A stretch of DNA of 64,000 nt from NCBI GenBank assembly GCA_030704615.1, contig CM060734.1:48298001-48362000 (forward strand), written 5' to 3'. A program made the translations under genes and the position numbers. How positions within the stretch are numbered: the stretch's first letter is position 1; each line of letters starts with the position of its first letter. The stretch comes from Takakia lepidozioides. Lineage: Eukaryota; Plantae; Bryophyta. Shown piece after piece: positions 23,010 through 32,960 of this stretch. A model generated the notes under the pieces. The model was not told where the DNA came from, did no database searches, and saw only the letters and a list, made by a program, of their open reading frames with translations.

Positions 23010-26000
23010 CAACCACGGACGCGTCCTCTACCTCTAAGCCCACTGGACTTAAGGTTGCAGTTACGGAGGACAATTGGGAGCCTGACATTGGACCCATTGT
23101 CACCGGAGGAGAGAGACGACGTATACGGCGGTTCCTGAGGGCTTACAGGAATTGCTTTGCCTTCCTTTTTCAGTTTGCTGCACAGACCCCGATTCGGCCC
23201 TGACACGCCAATCTTTCGGAGACCCTATAGATACAGTGACATGGAGAGGTTTGATTCAGATGAGGACTCAAGATCTCTGGGAGGCAGGTTTGGTGGAGCT
23301 CTCTGGTGGAGAGTATGCTTCAGCCACAGTGATGCCAGCCAAGAAGGATGTCTATGGCAATTGGACGGAGAGACGTATGTGCGGTGATTACCGGCCTGTA
23401 AATCGTCAGACCAAGTCCGATAAGTATGCCATGCCAACACCAGAGGAGATCTTTGATGCCATCGGGCATGCTAAGGTCTTTAGCACTTTGGATTTACGAT
23501 CCGGATATCACCAGTTGCCAATCAAGGAGGCGGACAAGCAGAAGACGCATTCTGGGGATCAATGAGCACGGCAAGGATTGCCTATATCAGTGGCGGTTCT
23601 TACCATTTGGGCTTAAGAATGCTCCTGCAGAGTTTCAGAGAGTCATGGATAGGATTCTAGCAGGGGTGGACTTTGCTCGGTGCTACATAGATGACATCAT
23701 CATCTTTAGTGTTATGGAGGAGCATGAGAGACACCTTCAGGTGGTATTGGAGCGCTTGAGAGCGCACGGATTGAAGTTGCATCCGGGGAAGTGCAAGTTT
23801 TCCACAACCAGATTGAGTATCTGGGTCACATGATATATCCTGGAGGATTGGGGGTACAGCAGACTAAGGTAGGCCATTGCACAAATTCCACGCCCCACGG
23901 ATGTGAGCCGAGTTCGAGCTTTCATGGGGTTGGCAAACTATTATAGACGGTTTGTCAAGGGATTTAGTACCATTGCAAAGGCTCTAACCAAGCTGACCAA
24001 GGTGGACCAGGAGTGGCAGTGGGAAGATGAGCAGGAACGAGCTTTTCAAGAGCTCAAGGCGAGGTTGACCTCGGCGCCTATCCTGAGACGACCTATCAGG
24101 GGGCGTCCCTTTCAGCTGCATACGGATTGGAGCATGCTGGGGCTTGGAGCGGTGCTCACACAGGTGGATGATGAGGGAAGAGAGTTCGTAGTGGCTTATG
24201 CTAGCCGCTCGAACAACGCTGCAGAGGCTAAGTACAGCTCATATGGGAGAGTGCTTAGCTGCAGTGTGGGCCGTGGCACACTTCAGGTGCTATCTATACG
24301 GCAATCTTTTCACCCTTGTCACGGATCACCAGCCACTCAAGTGGTTGATGGAGTCAGACAAGCTTACGGGGAAGCTTGCACGGTGGGCACTATACTCCAG
24401 GAGTATGACTTTCAGGTTGTGCATCGACCGGGTTTGGTCAATCGGGATGCGGATGGATTGAGTCGCAATCCATGCATGAGCCAGCAGGATGACACTGGAG
24501 CTCGGTGGCATGGTGAGACGGACGAGGAGATGGTGCCGGGATGGCACGCATCTGCATTTTTGTGTATCTTGGCATCGGGAGGTCAGGTTGGACCTACAAC
24601 AGGGATGACTGTAGACGGAGTGTCTGAGGACCCTGAGGCTAGTGATGAGCTAGGTGGTGCCAAAGATATACATGAGGATTCGCTGTGTTGGACTACCTCC
24701 GCACGGGAGACACGGCAGCCATTGTGACTGCCAGGGAGAGGGATCGGATCCTGCAACGAGCCAAGAGGTTCAAGTGGGAGGGGACACCTACTTCGAGTGT
24801 GGGAGGATGGGGTGAGGATTGTGCCTCACCCCACACAACGGTTAGTGCGGCATGCCCATGAGGAGTTGGGCATTTTGGAGTGCGACGCACTCACAGTTTA
24901 CTGCAGGGGCAGTATTGGTGGCGTGGTATGCATACAGAGGTGCAACAGTTTGTGGCTAGGTGCATGGTGTGTGACAGGGTGCGTGCTTCATTCAACGCCC
25001 CTACACCACAGTTGCATCTTTACCAATCATGGGATTGGGCTACAGGTGGAGTCTTGACTTCGCAGGACCGTTGCCACTGACTATGCGCCACCACAGATAT
25101 GTGTTGGTGATGGTGGAGCACTTCTCCAAGTGGATTGAGTTGGTTCCATTGCCTGACAAGGCTAGTGAGGGGGCTGCGTATGCATTCTTGGATCGTGTGC
25201 TTAGCCGATTTGGTGCTCCAGCTGAGGTACTCACGGACCAAGGAGAGAGTTCTTGGGGGAGTTTCAGGCTTTTGTGTGATAAAGCCTTGATAGACCACCG
25301 CACCACTTCTCGGGATCATCCTGAGGCCGATGGCTTGGCAGAGAGAGTTGTTCAGACGGTGAAGAGGGGTTTGCGCAAGTATGGCTTACAGAAGGGACAC
25401 CTAGGAGATTGGGATCTTCAGGTTCCTTGGTTAGCCATGGGCTACAGGTTCAGCAAACAAGCATCACTTGCCTCCTTCTCACCATATTTCCTTCTCTTTG
25501 GCCGAGAGCCGGATTTGCCTGCAGCCATTCGTAGGGACACTGCTCAAGTCCTTAACCTTGACGATCCGGACGTGTGGGTACGTGCATGTGATCAGCGTGC
25601 AGAGTTGTTCAAGAAAGTCATGCCCATGGCTTTTGAGAACCTTGCCATTGCACAGCACCGTGATACGTTGAGGTATGCCACTATACGTGGTGGAGGATAT
25701 CGTCCTGGGGTTCGGAGGTTTAGCCCTGGTGACTATGTTTATTTGCAGCAGACTGCTCCTACGACTCTGGATGTTACTGCAGGGCGTGTTATTCTGAGGG
25801 TTCGAGAGGTGTTGCCCTCAGGGGTCCTGATCTTGGAGGGTCGGGATGGCATGACTTGGAAGGACCATGTGCGTAATTGTGCGCCATGTCACCTTCCCAA
25901 TGTCGATGGCAGAGTTGACCCAAACTTGGCAGTGGTACCTGCAGGTTTGAGGTGCATGCTCTGTGGGTCTGCCAAAGGGGCAACCACCATGCTGGTGTTG

Positions 26001-26096
26001 ATCGATGCTCAAGGGGTTGGCATATGGGATGCTTGACACCACCTCTTGAGAAGGTTCCTGACGGAGATTGGTTGTGTCCACACTGCTTGGGATAGT
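23010..26096 (+). pseudogene. E2 pol: RT-RNase H-integrase-PHD (frameshifted)
   Basis: RRMCGDYRP, YIDDIIIFS, LHTDWS, integrase core in ORF 25029-26036, PHD CMLC...CSRGWHMGC...WLCPHC. Confidence 0.92.
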
Positions 26097-26344
26097 GGCA
26101 GTGGACATGACTGGAGGCAGCTAACAAGACATGGGAGGCCAAGCTCATAGGAGTCAATACATGAGATCCCAAGCTCAAGTTCACAGGTTGCAAAGACGAT
26201 GACTAACGATGGGGCAACTCTTGCACCCGGCCTCTTGATCTATCGAGTTTGAGTGTAGTAGGGATAGTGGTGGAGGACTTAGTGAGGCTATGGTCACTAT
26301 CACATCTTGTGGCTACCTGGACTTAGAGGGACCTAAGCACCAGC

Positions 26345-26860
26345 TAGGGGGCGATTGTGTGGACTAGTGACTGCCATAGTGGGCAGCATAGTGGCAGCCT
26401 AGTGACTGACTAGTTGTAGCCTAGTGGTTGGACTAGTGGTGGACTAGTGATATACTAGTGTGTGACGTGCACATGTTGTGTGTGGTTTTGGACAGCGATG
26501 TAGTTGTGTAGCGATATGTATGCGCACGACAGCTGTCAAGTTATTTTACCACTAGTGTGAAACTAGCTAGGAAATAGCTAGCTTTTACATATTGACATTT
26601 GGGATTGGCCCAAGTGTCAATCCAGGGGTCAAGGCAGATTTAGGCCCTGGAGTGGTTATCTTCACGGCAAGCGCGGGAGGCTCATCTTTCTCGAGTTGAG
26701 CCTCACCGCGCCTAGCTATGGCGCCGTAGTGTGGATTCCCCATGGCGTGGGGTGCACTTGGCTTGACTTATATTTGAGTGATGAGGTTATATATGCATGA
26801 GTTTATGCTTCAGCTTTGTGAGCTTGCATGAGCTTGTGCTTGTATTCTTTTTCTTTATCA
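26345..26860 (+). repeat. PPT (26345-26355) followed by the full LTR unit B1 (26356-26531)-GC-A2 (26534-26860)
   Basis: TAGGGGGCGAT|TGTGTGGAC...GCGCACGACA GC TGTCAAGTTA...TTTATCA; the unit is TG...CA and 505 bp long. Confidence 0.88.
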
Positions 26861-26861
26861 T

Positions 26862-27030
26862 TGTGTGGACTAGTGACTGCCATAGTGGGCAGCATAGTGG
26901 CAGCATAGTGGCAGCCTAGTGACTGACTAGTTGTACTAGTGGCTGGACTAGTGGTAGTGTGTGGCGTGCACATGTGTTGTGTGGTTTTGGACAGCGATGT
27001 AGTTGTGTAGCGATATGTATGCGCACGACA
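26862..27030 (+). repeat. E2 segment B2
   Basis: Second copy of B1, joined to A2 as ...TTTATCA-T-TGTGTGGAC. Confidence 0.9.
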
Positions 27031-27551
27031 ACCGCAAGAACTCATATGGTTGGCTGGTCATCAACCCAGCCTCACCATAGAAGAAACACTGGTGGTCTTG
27101 CTGGTCATCACTCCAGCCTTACCACCAACGGCATACTCTAAGATTGACCGGTGATAAAATCCAGCCTAATCCCTATGAAAGCAAGCGCCCACACAAAACC
27201 AACATGGCGCACAGTCAAGCATGCAGGTGTGGGGGAGATCCAAACATAAGAAACCAAAACATCAACACCCCCACACCAAAATCCCTCCACAGTGCTGCTC
27301 CTGCAGAATACCCCAGCCCAAAAACCCCGGACTGACTGGCCTCCACCAAGAGAGGCTTTGACAACTACAAGTACAAAGTAATGAAAATAGTAAAGAGAGG
27401 GAGGGAAAGAATAGAGGTCCGACCAAGCAAGATCTAATTCTGATCTATGCTATCAACTGCCAGACTTTTCTCAAAGTGCCTCGCTCTACATGATGGTAAG
27501 ATGTGGGAGGTATATCTATATCCAGAAACCTGCCACTAACCTTATCCCAAG

Positions 27552-28190
27552 CTATAGTAGCTCTAACCAACCCTCCTCCTCTTTCTGCCAGGTAGAGACA
27601 AAACAATACTCCCCTATCTCCCGCTCACTGAATACTAAAGAAAATAAAGGTACGGTCTGATAGTCTCTCAACTCGAAAGCTTTGAGACGGTTGTGGGTGT
27701 CTTCGTTGCGAATGACTGCATCTCCTTTAAGCAGAACAAACTGTTTGTTGCTAATGAACCCCCGTTCGTGGTTGCCTCGTGCAGAGCGTGTCCGGCTGCA
27801 ACCACGTCTGATTGCAAAAACTTGTGCAGCTCCTGCTCCTTTGCTCCAGTACACCACGGCCTTGTGGTTGAACACCTTGGTCCCCGGGGCTGTCTTTGGC
27901 TGTGTTCCAAGCCTAGCTTCCACCCACTTTGGTATTTCACCTACAGCTGCAGAACTGCTTGCTCCAACAAAGTTCTGACTGTCCAAAGCAATATTGAGGC
28001 CCTCAACGCCAACTACAACAATTTGTTGTCTATTGCTAATGCCTGACTCCCAGTATGCAATCAACTCGTCCAACTGCTCTCCACTCAAATCAGTCTGAGT
28101 TCCTTGAGAAACATAAATCTTGTCCCCTTGTGTGCACAGGCTAAGAGAAGAGACATGCCCTTCAATTACGTCCTCATTTCCCCCAGCCAT
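27552..28190 (-). CDS. Hypothetical 212-aa protein in the E1 leader (sense to E1)
   Basis: ATG-initiated open frame with globular-looking composition. No recognised motif. Absent from the E2 leader. Confidence 0.4.
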   Translation of the reverse strand: MAGGNEDVIEGHVSSLSLCTQGDKIYVSQGTQTDLSGEQLDELIAYWESGISNRQQIVVVGVEGLNIALDSQNFVGASSSAAVGEIPKWVEARLGTQPKTAPGTKVFNHKAVVYWSKGAGAAQVFAIRRGCSRTRSARGNHERGFISNKQFVLLKGDAVIRNEDTHNRLKAFELRDYQTVPLFSLVFSEREIGEYCFVSTWQKEEEGWLELL

Positions 28191-28695
28191 ACAAGGGGGA
28201 CATCCCCAGATTTTTGTCTCATATAGACCACAACAGGTTCTAGAAACAGAATTATGGATCTTTCATAGCACACTCACACTCAAAAAATTCCATAGATTTT
28301 TAGCAGAGTCCAAAAAACTAAAACCAGCTCTAGATAAGTAGATTTCCCCTTTCTGCAGCTATCCCCCCAAAAACTGTGTCAAACGGAGCTCATATGACAA
28401 AGATATGGCCAAAGAGGCTCTGCAAATATAATATATGACCTTAAATAGAAACAAATACAAAGAAAAACTATTTTCAATTGGTTTCCTTTGGTTCCCTGTT
28501 CCCACGGTTTTTTTTGGTTTTTTTTTTTCCGTTTTTTCCAAACAGGGAGCAGACCAGATCTATGAGCTTGCTACGATCCAGCCTGCTTCTTACTCCAGTT
28601 TCTTGGATGGCTTATGGACAGGCGGTCTGTAATCGAAAGCTTCGTGGATGGTTGCTGGACTTGCACAACACATATATCATATCGGAACCACAGCT

Positions 28696-29202
28696 TCACT
28701 TCACCACATTCAACACAACAGGAGCAGAGCAGGGCATACAAGAGCTTGGCCGTTGATTGCGACACCTTGGAGTATGTTGGTCAGACAGCACGTCATGTCG
28801 TCGTCTCTTGTTGCAGGGCAGTGGCCTTCTTCTCTCAGATGGCTGATTCAAGGTACGTCCGACTCTAAAGGTATATGGCACGCCTGGCGCTCCAACGGGA
28901 ATGCATCTCTTGGTTAAGAACTCCAAGACATGGGCAGCCTGGGATTCCGCGGGTGTCGTGCACCTCACTTCGGTAAGCTCCCCCCTCAAGTCATAGTTAC
29001 TCACTTGATGCGCGCGCCTAACTCCCAACTTGGCCGCCGGTCCAACTTGGAGCTCCGGCTGCTCACCGGGGCATAACGGTCCCCCTTTGATCTCCCAAAG
29101 AACCCTCCAACGATTTGGAACCAGCGGAATTCCCTTTGGTAGTTGGTAGTCCGGAACAGCTCCCCACTCTTTGGTCGCTTTCCGGCTCGCTCGCTTACTC
29201 AC
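28696..29202 (-). CDS. Hypothetical 168-aa ORF in the E1 leader
   Basis: Open frame only; no motif recognised. Confidence 0.25.
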   Translation of the reverse strand: MSKRASRKATKEWGAVPDYQLPKGIPLVPNRWRVLWEIKGGPLCPGEQPELQVGPAAKLGVRRAHQVSNYDLRGELTEVRCTTPAESQAAHVLEFLTKRCIPVGAPGVPYTFRVGRTLNQPSERRRPLPCNKRRRHDVLSDQHTPRCRNQRPSSCMPCSAPVVLNVVK

Positions 29203-30861
29203 TAGTTTTTGGTCACCAACGGGCTTGCACCGTTCTCGGGGTTACTACTCCCTATATATACTTCTGTAGCTATCCGCGGGGGTTTCATAAACAACCATGC
29301 CATTTTATGGCGAACCACCACGAACACCCTCGACTCCCGGTGATGAGTCGCGGTGAGTCTTGGCCCACCCACCACGGCCCCTATGGACCGTGATGAGTCC
29401 CAAGACTCCCCACGACTCCCACCACGAGGTCGCCGCCCCAGGGTGAGTCTTATGCCACCCCCACTAAGTCCCGCTAAGCTACCACCACCCCTTGTGGAGC
29501 CACCCCCACCGCAACCCGGTGTGCGGGGCTCCACCTAGTGAGCGCCTCCGCCTCATTGAGTGCCTTGGGCACTCAAGGGTGCTTCAGCCCCCCATATCTA
29601 TCGCTGCCACTGCCCCCACCATAGGGGCAGCCCCTCTTGTGTCCCGACCCCCTGCCCTCAAGGCAAAGGGCCGTGACACGCGGCTTCTCCCATTTCTCTC
29701 ACTTTTGGGAAATGGCTCATTCTGCTCTCCTAAATTCATGCCAGCCCTTTCAAGTAGAAGAGTGGCTGCTCTGAGCACTATCTTTGGTAGCATAACCGAT
29801 TCCTGGTTTTCTCTTTGCTCTCATCCAGTCAATAGGTTATCGCTCCCAGTTTGGCTTGGAGGTTTGTTGGGGCAATCACCTTTCGCTTTTTATGCCGGAT
29901 GATGTTTGAGGCTCATGTGAGGCACCACAACAGGCAGCAGTGCTGGACCTTGCCTTGATGTGTTTGACCCTCTTGTACAAACCTCGGTACTCAACAACAG
30001 AATTACAACAAGTTGAAGCCCTCCGTATTGGCCAGGACATACACTCCCCAATTGAGGAGGTCTAAGTTGTACTTGCCAGAGATCCACTTAAGACCCGAGG
30101 GGATTTCCAAGCACACGGAGTAAAAGTGCACTCCCTCTTCACTATGAGTGGCTGTATAACTTCCGAACACCAATACCCTCCAAGTGCCTCGGGAAGAGAG
30201 AGGGGTAGGTCATGGTCTAGGCTAAGGGTCGACGGACACAAGGTCATACACTTGACGCACACACTTAACCATCCCACACTACGATTGCACCGCCCCACCT
30301 GCTGCCACGTTACACCTATTCAAGGCCCATGCTTCCCAATTCTGCTTTACGTGGGTGCCCTTCCCCCTCAGCTCCAATCCGGAGCTTGCTGCAGCCTGCA
30401 ACCTGCTCCTTTCGTGACACCTATCTGCAATTGATGATTGTTACTGGGTTAGTTTCAACTCATCAAATACAACAGGGCTCATACATTCCAGACGTTCGAA
30501 GGAGCTGCTACGTTCCCATTGAGTGCCTAGTATAAAGGCAAGGTAGGCTGAACCAACATAGAAAGCATGTCTGCTCCGAATCCCTCCATGTCCTCAAAGT
30601 TATGCTGAAACCATTCCAGCTCCAGTGTAACCTGCACAACGCCCCAACTTCGTGTTCCTATGCGTTGCTGCTGCGGCTGACGAGTTGGCAGATCACTTGA
30701 ACAAAAATGCCAGAGCCTGAACACAGATAATCACTTCTCTGTCTCCAACTAGCTTGTCACAAACATAATCTACAAACCACCATAATTTTCTTCTCTCACT
30801 TTCAAAACAAAAACCACAAAGTGCTAAAACTAAACTCACCTCTGGCACTCACAGATACAAA

Positions 30862-31227
30862 CTGATTTCTCTCGAGTGATTGAAAACTAAAATCACACTG
30901 TTGACACAGAAACACTCAATACAACACAATCACTCATTAAAACTACGAGTCGAGCCAGGGGCACCCCAAGCTATGGGGACTCCACCCCACAACATCATAT
31001 TCTCCCTTCATAAACACACTTAGATTCTAAGCAGTGAAAGAGCTCGGTCGTGCAGGCTCAACTCGAGAGAGATGAGCCGCACGACTGACGCTCTCATGAA
31101 GATAAGATGGTTCAGGTGTCAAGCTAAACTTGACACCTGATTTAACACTTGAACTAAATCCAAGTGTTAAATACAAATAACTAGCTTTATTCTAGTTAGT
31201 TTCACACTGTGTTTATTTAACTTGACA
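30862..31227 (-). repeat. E1 5' segment A (30877-31227) plus self-complementary PBS (30862-30876)
   Basis: Diverged homolog of E2 A1 with the same hairpin series. It ends ...AATCA|CTCGAGAGA, complementary to the A-internal site at 31061-31077. Confidence 0.85.
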
Positions 31228-31991
31228 CATCGATGACCTTGCCATCCACTGTCCATGTGGTGCGAGCGCACTGCATCTCATGATGTGGTTTGTGATGCGG
31301 TGGCATCTGTTGCTCGGGAAACAATGTATCATGTATTACGTGAGCAACCCCATCTTCGGCCGACGCTCACATCCCACTCTACACGCCGCCATGTTGACAT
31401 CGTTCTCTTCAGAGATGGTCTGTGTACCCTTGCAGATGTTGTTCTTGCCGACACCACTTGAGCAGATCTGCTATCCTGAGCAGCCACCACACAAGGCACG
31501 GCAACCACTATAGCAGCTCAGGCCAAAGAGCGCGATTATAGCGATCATGACCCCACCAACAAATTCCTTCCGCTGGCGGTCGAGATATTTGGCTTCTTGC
31601 ACAGCCACTTTGATGATTTCCTTCGGACATGTGCACATCATGCAGCGCACCACAGGTCCACTGGCATCCCACATGCCTCCATCTTTGTCGCATACTATCG
31701 GCAACGTGTTTCAGTTGCTTTGCAGAGAGCACAAGCCATATCTATTTTGCATCGGGCTGATGTGGCTGGCTCCGCGTCATCTCATCTTCCACCTATGCCT
31801 GACACTTTGTCTGATCTCCTCCAGGTTGTTGGCCGGGAGGGTCGTTCTGGTTGAGTAGCCTACTATAGCTTTTGTTTTCTTCCTGGTTGAGTAGCTTACT
31901 ATAGCTACCCCCCACCCCCCTAACCCCACCCCCTTTTTGGGAACTTCTCATCTTTTCTACGTTCGCCCATTGTACATGTTGTAAATAAAAT
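31228..31991 (+). mobile_element. RLE-type non-LTR retrotransposon, right half (Zn knuckle and restriction-like endonuclease), degraded
   Basis: IDDLAIH...ERTASHDVV; RRHVDIV...LADVVLAD; AAQAKERDY; FLPLAVEIFG; QRVSVALQRAQA; ends with an AATAAAA-like tail. Confidence 0.8.
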
Positions 31992-32960
31992 CTTAGAGGG
32001 TTTCGTCATCTACAGAACTGTCTGTCTGTTCAGCTTCTCTGTCAATGGAGTCAGATCTGAAATTTTTGAGGTTATGAAAGTGGCCATTGTGACACAAGAA
32101 ATGTGGAAGCTGATTCGATAACATGCACAAAACAGATTGAATACTCAGAGCTGACCAACTCGCTTTGTTTTGGTATCCTTCCAAATCTCATCCGGATAAA
32201 CAAATTTACGTTGACTGCAGAAGTTTGCCTCATTCTGAGGCGAGTTTGAAGCAGCTTCCGTTACGTTTATTCACAAGTGTGACTGCAAAACTGAGTTACT
32301 CAACCCTCGCGTCCTAAACTCTGACGGTTTACCCTCTAATCCTGTCGCTTTCAAACTGACTGACTGCAGCCTGAGCGTGATCTCATGGACTGTGTTTCCG
32401 CCGAAATTCTATGACACAGCGAAGGGTCTGTTACTCCTGAACTCGTGCACTTTCTCTATACACACACGGGCACTCACACTCTTTCAGAAATAAAATCAGC
32501 CATTGGACGTCACAGTGGAGCTTCGATCATTCCAACGAAGGTACTGACGACAGACAGAGTAGAGTGCGAGAAGTTGGAAGTGGGGCAATGTGGGCTGCGC
32601 TACAGACGTAAACAAGAGATGGGAGGGAGGGGGTTGTGGATGCCAGTCCACATGGGTGGTGGGGATCCTACGCAGGGGAGTATCGAGCATCCACGCTCGC
32701 TGGTGGGTTGTTGCATACCCCACAAATCTGAAGTGTACAGCAGGTATTGTTTCAATGTTGACCTAACGTTCCGCTCAATTCATTAGATTGTTACTTTTTG
32801 TTCTAGGAGTGTACGACCGCAGTAGTTTCATAACCCTGTTAAAATGTAGCAACAACCTGTCTTCATGGAGACATTCCTCTTTGTAGTGTGGAGGAGTTTT
32901 GAGATATGTTATGTGAGTTTGATCGTAAAAGCTTGCAACTGAGAGTTTGAGTTCTACAGG

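Larger units (their letters stand above)
16058..27030 (+). mobile_element. E2: second subfamily of the DNMT/PHD Gypsy-like element, A1...B1-A2-B2 structure, nested in the E1 leader
   Basis: Starts TGTCAAGTTA and ends GCGCACGACA. TSD ACCG at 16054-16057 and 27031-27034. Removing it rejoins the E1 leader (CTGCATCCACCG|CAAGAACTC), which matches E2's own leader near 18840. Confidence 0.92.
8280..31227 (-). mobile_element. E1: DNMT/PHD-encoding Ty3/Gypsy-like retroelement (A...B termini), interrupted by E2
   Basis: Ends TGTCAAGTTA (31227) and GCGCACGACA (8280). 4-bp TSD CATC at 8276-8279 and 31228-31231. Gag, PR, MTase, RT, RH, IN and PHD motifs on the minus strand. Confidence 0.9.

Noticed and set aside
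16058-27030. DIRS/Ngaro/PAT tyrosine-recombinase element, suggested by split direct repeats and a methyltransferase
   Set aside because: No tyrosine recombinase motifs were seen. A protease, an HHCC-DDE integrase, a PPT and 4-bp TSDs are present, and the MTase is C5-cytosine type rather than the DAM-like DIRS domain.
8280-31227. Ginger-type DNA transposon (TGT...ACA ends, 4-bp TSD)
   Set aside because: The element has complete Gag-PR-RT-RH, PPT and PBS, and the inverted ends are only 4 bp.
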